A stretch of DNA of 61,732 nt. Origin: a virus. Lineage: Duplodnaviria > Caudoviricetes. The stretch spans positions 1-61,732 of IMG/VR virus record IMGVR_UViG_3300012943_000035; one strand, given 5' to 3'. The position numbers were made by a program, and so were the translations under genes. Shown here piece by piece: positions 57,987-61,732 of the stretch; the first letter of the stretch is position 1; each line of letters opens with the position of its first letter. The notes beneath the pieces are model-generated. The model did no database searches, was not told the origin of the DNA, and saw nothing but the letters and a program-made list of their open reading frames with translations.

Positions 57987-59102
57987 ATGGTTCTTTTAAC
58001 GATGCTCATCATTCCAACTCTTGTCGCACTAGGATTCCTAATCCTAGGTGGCAAGAAGGTCACTCTGAAGGAGTTTCTCACTCAGATGGGTGTGCAGCTC
58101 GTTCTTATGACCATCATTGCTTATGGTGTGTCTTGTCAGAATACTCACGATATTGAGATCTTGAATGGTAGGGTCACGAACAAGGTTCGTGACGAGGTTA
58201 GTTGCAGACATTCATATCAGTGTAACTGCTATCAAAGTTGTTCTTCAGACAGCAAAGGTAATCAGAGCTGTACGACAATCTGCCAGACCTGCTATGAACA
58301 TAGCTATGACGTAGACTGGGATGTTCACACCAGCATTGGTCACACTATCGGTATCGACACGGTAGATCGCCAAGGCTTGGTTCAGCCGCCTCGTTGGACC
58401 GCAGTGATCATCGGAGAACCGGTCTCTGCGTTGCATAGCTACACGAACTATATTAAAGGGAGTCCGGATACCTTGTTCAGGCACCAAGGACTTGAAGAGA
58501 AGTATGCTAAATCTATTCCAAGTTACCCAGGAGGTATCTATGACTACTATCGACTTAATCGCCTTGTATCTGTTGGACTTACACTTAACGATGCTAAGCT
58601 TTGGAATGCTGACCTCTCCGAGCTCAACGCAACTCTCGGAGCCAGAAAACAAGTCAACATCGTTGTAGTCGCTGTAAAGAACGCACCTGAGGACTATTAC
58701 TACGCCTTAGAACAGTCTTGGATCGGTGGAAAGAAGAACGACGTAGTGCTTGTTATATCTGTTGACGAAGCTAACAAGATTCAGTGGACACAGGTAATGG
58801 CTTGGACCGACAATAAGATGTTCCAGGTATCTCTGAGGGATCAAGTGAACTCAGTAGGAACCCTAGATCGTGACCCGATTATTCGAGCCTTGAGTAATTC
58901 TGTCGGTGCCTTCTACGAGCGCAAGCCTATGAAGGACTTCGAGTATCTCAGTGGTTTAATCAAACCTACAACTGGACAATGGATTTTCTCAATGGTTTTC
59001 GGTCTCTTGCTTAGCGTTGGGCTTGGGATCTTCTTTTATAAACAGGACGTGTACAACGAGGAATACGAAGACTCTTACAATTATCGGAGAAGGAGATACT
59101 AA
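57987..59102 (+). CDS. Membrane protein with Cys-rich extracytoplasmic domain
   Basis: Two N-terminal and one C-terminal TM; CRHSYQCNC...CQTCYEH; adjacent to LemA-like gene. Confidence 0.75.
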   Translation: MVLLTMLIIPTLVALGFLILGGKKVTLKEFLTQMGVQLVLMTIIAYGVSCQNTHDIEILNGRVTNKVRDEVSCRHSYQCNCYQSCSSDSKGNQSCTTICQTCYEHSYDVDWDVHTSIGHTIGIDTVDRQGLVQPPRWTAVIIGEPVSALHSYTNYIKGSPDTLFRHQGLEEKYAKSIPSYPGGIYDYYRLNRLVSVGLTLNDAKLWNADLSELNATLGARKQVNIVVVAVKNAPEDYYYALEQSWIGGKKNDVVLVISVDEANKIQWTQVMAWTDNKMFQVSLRDQVNSVGTLDRDPIIRALSNSVGAFYERKPMKDFEYLSGLIKPTTGQWIFSMVFGLLLSVGLGIFFYKQDVYNEEYEDSYNYRRRRY

Positions 59103-59665
59103 TGGGTACTGGAACTAAGATCGCTCTCGGCCTACTTGTGGTCGCTGGCCTGTTTGGTGCCGTTGGCATCAGCTCAGTCATCGGCATCAACAACAACCTC
59201 GTTCAGTTGGAACAAGGCATCGTTGCTCAATACAAGCAGAATCAAAACAACTACGACAACTATATCAAGAAGTTGCAGGAAGTTGCTCAAGTTCCCGAGA
59301 TGTACAAGAACGACCTCAAAGAGGTTTATCAGGCTGCAATCTCTGGTCGTTACGGCGCAGAGGGAAGCAAAGCGGTGTTCCAGTTCTTGAAGGAACAGAA
59401 CCCAAACCTTGACTCCAGCCTCTATGCAAAGATTCAGCAGATCATCGAGTCTGGTCGCAACAGTTTTGAAGCTGACCAGAAGAGCTTGCTTGACAAGAAG
59501 CGAGTGTATGAGATTGAGCTGAAGCAGTTCCCAGGTAATGTCATCGCTGGCTTCCTAGGCTTCCCTAAGATCGACCTTGCTCAGTATGACATCGTGACCT
59601 CGCAAGAGACCGAAGACGCCTTCAAGACCAAGAAATCTGCTCCTGTAAAGCTCAGAGGCAACTAA
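59102..59665 (+). CDS. LemA-like membrane protein
   Basis: N-terminal TM, helical body, [12 protein letters not shown]. Confidence 0.65.
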   Translation: MGTGTKIALGLLVVAGLFGAVGISSVIGINNNLVQLEQGIVAQYKQNQNNYDNYIKKLQEVAQVPEMYKNDLKEVYQAAISGRYGAEGSKAVFQFLKEQNPNLDSSLYAKIQQIIESGRNSFEADQKSLLDKKRVYEIELKQFPGNVIAGFLGFPKIDLAQYDIVTSQETEDAFKTKKSAPVKLRGN

Positions 59666-60210
59666 TGAAGAAGATAGTGTGTTTATGGGGTGGTCCTGGA
59701 ACCGGCAAGAGTACGACCTGCGCTGGCTTGTTCAGTAAGTTGAAACAACAGAAGTTTAACGTCGAGATGAACCGTGAGTACATCAAGGATTGGGTTTGGG
59801 AGAAGCGAGAAGTAGTTCCGGGAGATCAAATCTATATCACTGCCAAGCAAGCCCGCAAGGAAGTGATCTACATGAGAAACAACTTGGATTTCATCATCAC
59901 TGACTCTCCGCTAGCTTTGACCACGTTCTACGGGAATATCTACGACAAGTATGAGACCGAACACGGTGCTTGTAAGGCGATCGTGAAACAACATCACGCT
60001 ATCTGCAAGGACTTAGGCTACAAGGTTGATCACTTCTTCCTGGTCAGGACCAAGGACTACAACCCTTCGGGTCGCAACCAAGATGAAGCGACAGCAAAAG
60101 AGTATGATATCCGAATCAAGAAGTTCTTGGACGAATATCCAGTGAACTATAAGATCGTTGCCTGCGATGAGAACGTGGAAGACAACATTATCAAAGAGAT
60201 ATTAACATGA
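59665..60210 (+). CDS. P-loop ATPase/kinase (NadR/AAA_28-like)
   Basis: GGPGTGKST, ITDSPL, YNPSGRNQ. Confidence 0.8.
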   Translation: MKKIVCLWGGPGTGKSTTCAGLFSKLKQQKFNVEMNREYIKDWVWEKREVVPGDQIYITAKQARKEVIYMRNNLDFIITDSPLALTTFYGNIYDKYETEHGACKAIVKQHHAICKDLGYKVDHFFLVRTKDYNPSGRNQDEATAKEYDIRIKKFLDEYPVNYKIVACDENVEDNIIKEILT

Positions 60211-60451
60211 CGAAGTTAATCTGTGTTGATGCATATTACGATGCCACTAGCGGTTTCCTTGGAATGGGAGCTAAACCTAAGCGCCCAATCGAAGGTTTGA
60301 CCGAAGGCAAAGAGTATACCGGATATCCTGTCTCCGAAGTAAGAGGCGAAGGAAACATCGGGTTTGGCTCAATCTCCACTCAAGTTAACTTCTTAATCTT
60401 TAACGACGATGGAGAATGGCAGACCTATAATGTAGACTGCTTTAAACCTTT

Positions 60452-60886
60452 ATGAAAGTAACCCAGAACGACAACGTAGTTTGTTTCGATGTGGACGATA
60501 CCCTTGTAATGTGGAGTTGGCCAGCAGAGTTCAATGACCAGGTTATCACCTTTGATAACTGGGGACATAACGTTCAGCTAGTCCCACACAAGAAACATAT
60601 TGAGCTGATGCGTCAGTTCAAAGCTCGTGGTCACTACGTTGTCGTCTGGTCCCAGGGCGGATTCGCTTGGGCGGAAGCTGTATGCAAAACTCTAGGCATT
60701 GAGAACCTCGTGGACGAGGTTAAGACCAAACCTAAGTGGGTCATCGATGACCTTGCTCCCTCTGTTTGGATGACCCGATCTTATATGGATTTGAACGGAA
60801 AGCGTTTATTCGATGATCCATATGGTGCGGGTAGAGGTTACACTTCTCCGCAAGAACAGTTCAAAGACGAGGATGAAGATGGCTAA
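60452..60886 (+). CDS. HAD-family phosphatase
   Basis: FDVDDTL, VWSQGG, KP..IDD. Confidence 0.8.
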   Translation: MKVTQNDNVVCFDVDDTLVMWSWPAEFNDQVITFDNWGHNVQLVPHKKHIELMRQFKARGHYVVVWSQGGFAWAEAVCKTLGIENLVDEVKTKPKWVIDDLAPSVWMTRSYMDLNGKRLFDDPYGAGRGYTSPQEQFKDEDEDG

Positions 60887-61325
60887 GCAGTTCACATTCA
60901 AGACCTTTTCAGTTGATTCTAACCTCATGTACCTTATTCAAAAGGTTTCTGGGCACACGACTGAGCAGATCTTGAGCTACTTCTACAGCATGGCTCACGG
61001 AGTATCCGAGAACTACATGAAGAAGAAGCGCCTTGCTAACGCTATCAACAAGACTCTTCAATGGCACTACCAAGGTTTTGACTGCATTCCTTATAAGCTC
61101 AATGTGTATAGCCACTGGAATCGCGGCGGACATGAGAATGAGACCACTGTCGGTCTATACGTCACTGTAAATTTTCCAAAGAACTCCAGCAACATCGACG
61201 TAGCTGAAGTGCTCAACACGATCGTTGAGTCTAGTATCGGTCTAGATGGCTCGCAAAGCATGGAACCGTTTCCAAGACCTATGACCAAGGTCCCTGCAGG
61301 GTTCAAGAAGTTCATTCACGAATAA
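60879..61325 (+). CDS. Hypothetical protein (C-terminus resembles 25281..25835)
   Basis: GAGGA RBS. Confidence 0.6.
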   Translation: MAKQFTFKTFSVDSNLMYLIQKVSGHTTEQILSYFYSMAHGVSENYMKKKRLANAINKTLQWHYQGFDCIPYKLNVYSHWNRGGHENETTVGLYVTVNFPKNSSNIDVAEVLNTIVESSIGLDGSQSMEPFPRPMTKVPAGFKKFIHE

Positions 61326-61334
61326 GGAGAGAGT

Positions 61335-61586
61335 ATGTCTGACGCTAATCTTAAGAAGGCCCAACGTATCGTTAACGAAGTTGATGCTGAGCTTGGCATC
61401 GCGCTTGTCGCTTACCAGAACAGCGAGCTCGAGTTCCTCAGGGACAAGCTCGTCAAGTTCTTGAACCTCGACGTGTCCACGGATGATCTCCACGACGCCG
61501 ATGACTCAGACTTCTTGGACGATGAAGACGAAGATCTTTCCGACGACGATATGCCTGTTGACGACGAAGAGGAAGAAGATGAGTAA
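61335..61586 (+). CDS. Acidic hypothetical protein
   Basis: AAGGAG RBS; Asp/Glu-rich tail. Confidence 0.7.
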   Translation: MSDANLKKAQRIVNEVDAELGIALVAYQNSELEFLRDKLVKFLNLDVSTDDLHDADDSDFLDDEDEDLSDDDMPVDDEEEEDE

Positions 61587-61732
61587 CACCCGAGTTCTCT
61601 GGCAGAAGGTGTATCACGGGTTCGAAGACTTCTCGGACTACTGGCGTGATACTCACGAAGCAGTTGACTCTGACTTTAACCCAGAGATCAAGAAGCTTCC
61701 AGGTGAATTCCAAGGCAAGATCAAGGTGACGA

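Overview
This window is a 61.7-kb segment of a large contractile-tailed (myovirus-type) dsDNA phage genome. From 1 to 6.6 kb (minus strand) it encodes tail tube, tail sheath, neck/tail-completion genes and a Nudix-domain protein. From 6.7 to 28 kb it is a dense accessory region of small ORFs, with a c-type cytochrome, a PagL-like outer-membrane enzyme and a collagen-like lipoprotein; the coding strand flips at about 12.2 kb. From 28 to 61.7 kb are metabolism and anti-defence genes: RNase HI, IscA, class II RNR, ThyX, two ClpPs, S8 and S1 proteases, DNA ligase, RtcB, a macrodomain, NadM-Nudix plus NadV, AAA/MoxR-VWA, SPFH, LemA-like, and tRNA-fMet and tRNA-Ile(TAT). Lipoproteins, PagL and cytochrome c imply a diderm host (Bdellovibrionota-like is a guess only). 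The main unexplained signals are: (1) about 20 otherwise unrelated microproteins sharing an LLxLLxKLGI(K/R)SA helix, several fused to fragments resembling virion proteins (one copies this phage's own sheath N-terminus) or ribosomal bL12; (2) a covarying hairpin/pseudoknot leader in front of both NAD-salvage genes; (3) an invariant 16-mer placed after hairpins five times; (4) a recurrent CYGA-core promoter-like motif; (5) a second shared C-terminal peptide tag. All calls are from reading the sequence and recalled family motifs; no database search was run.
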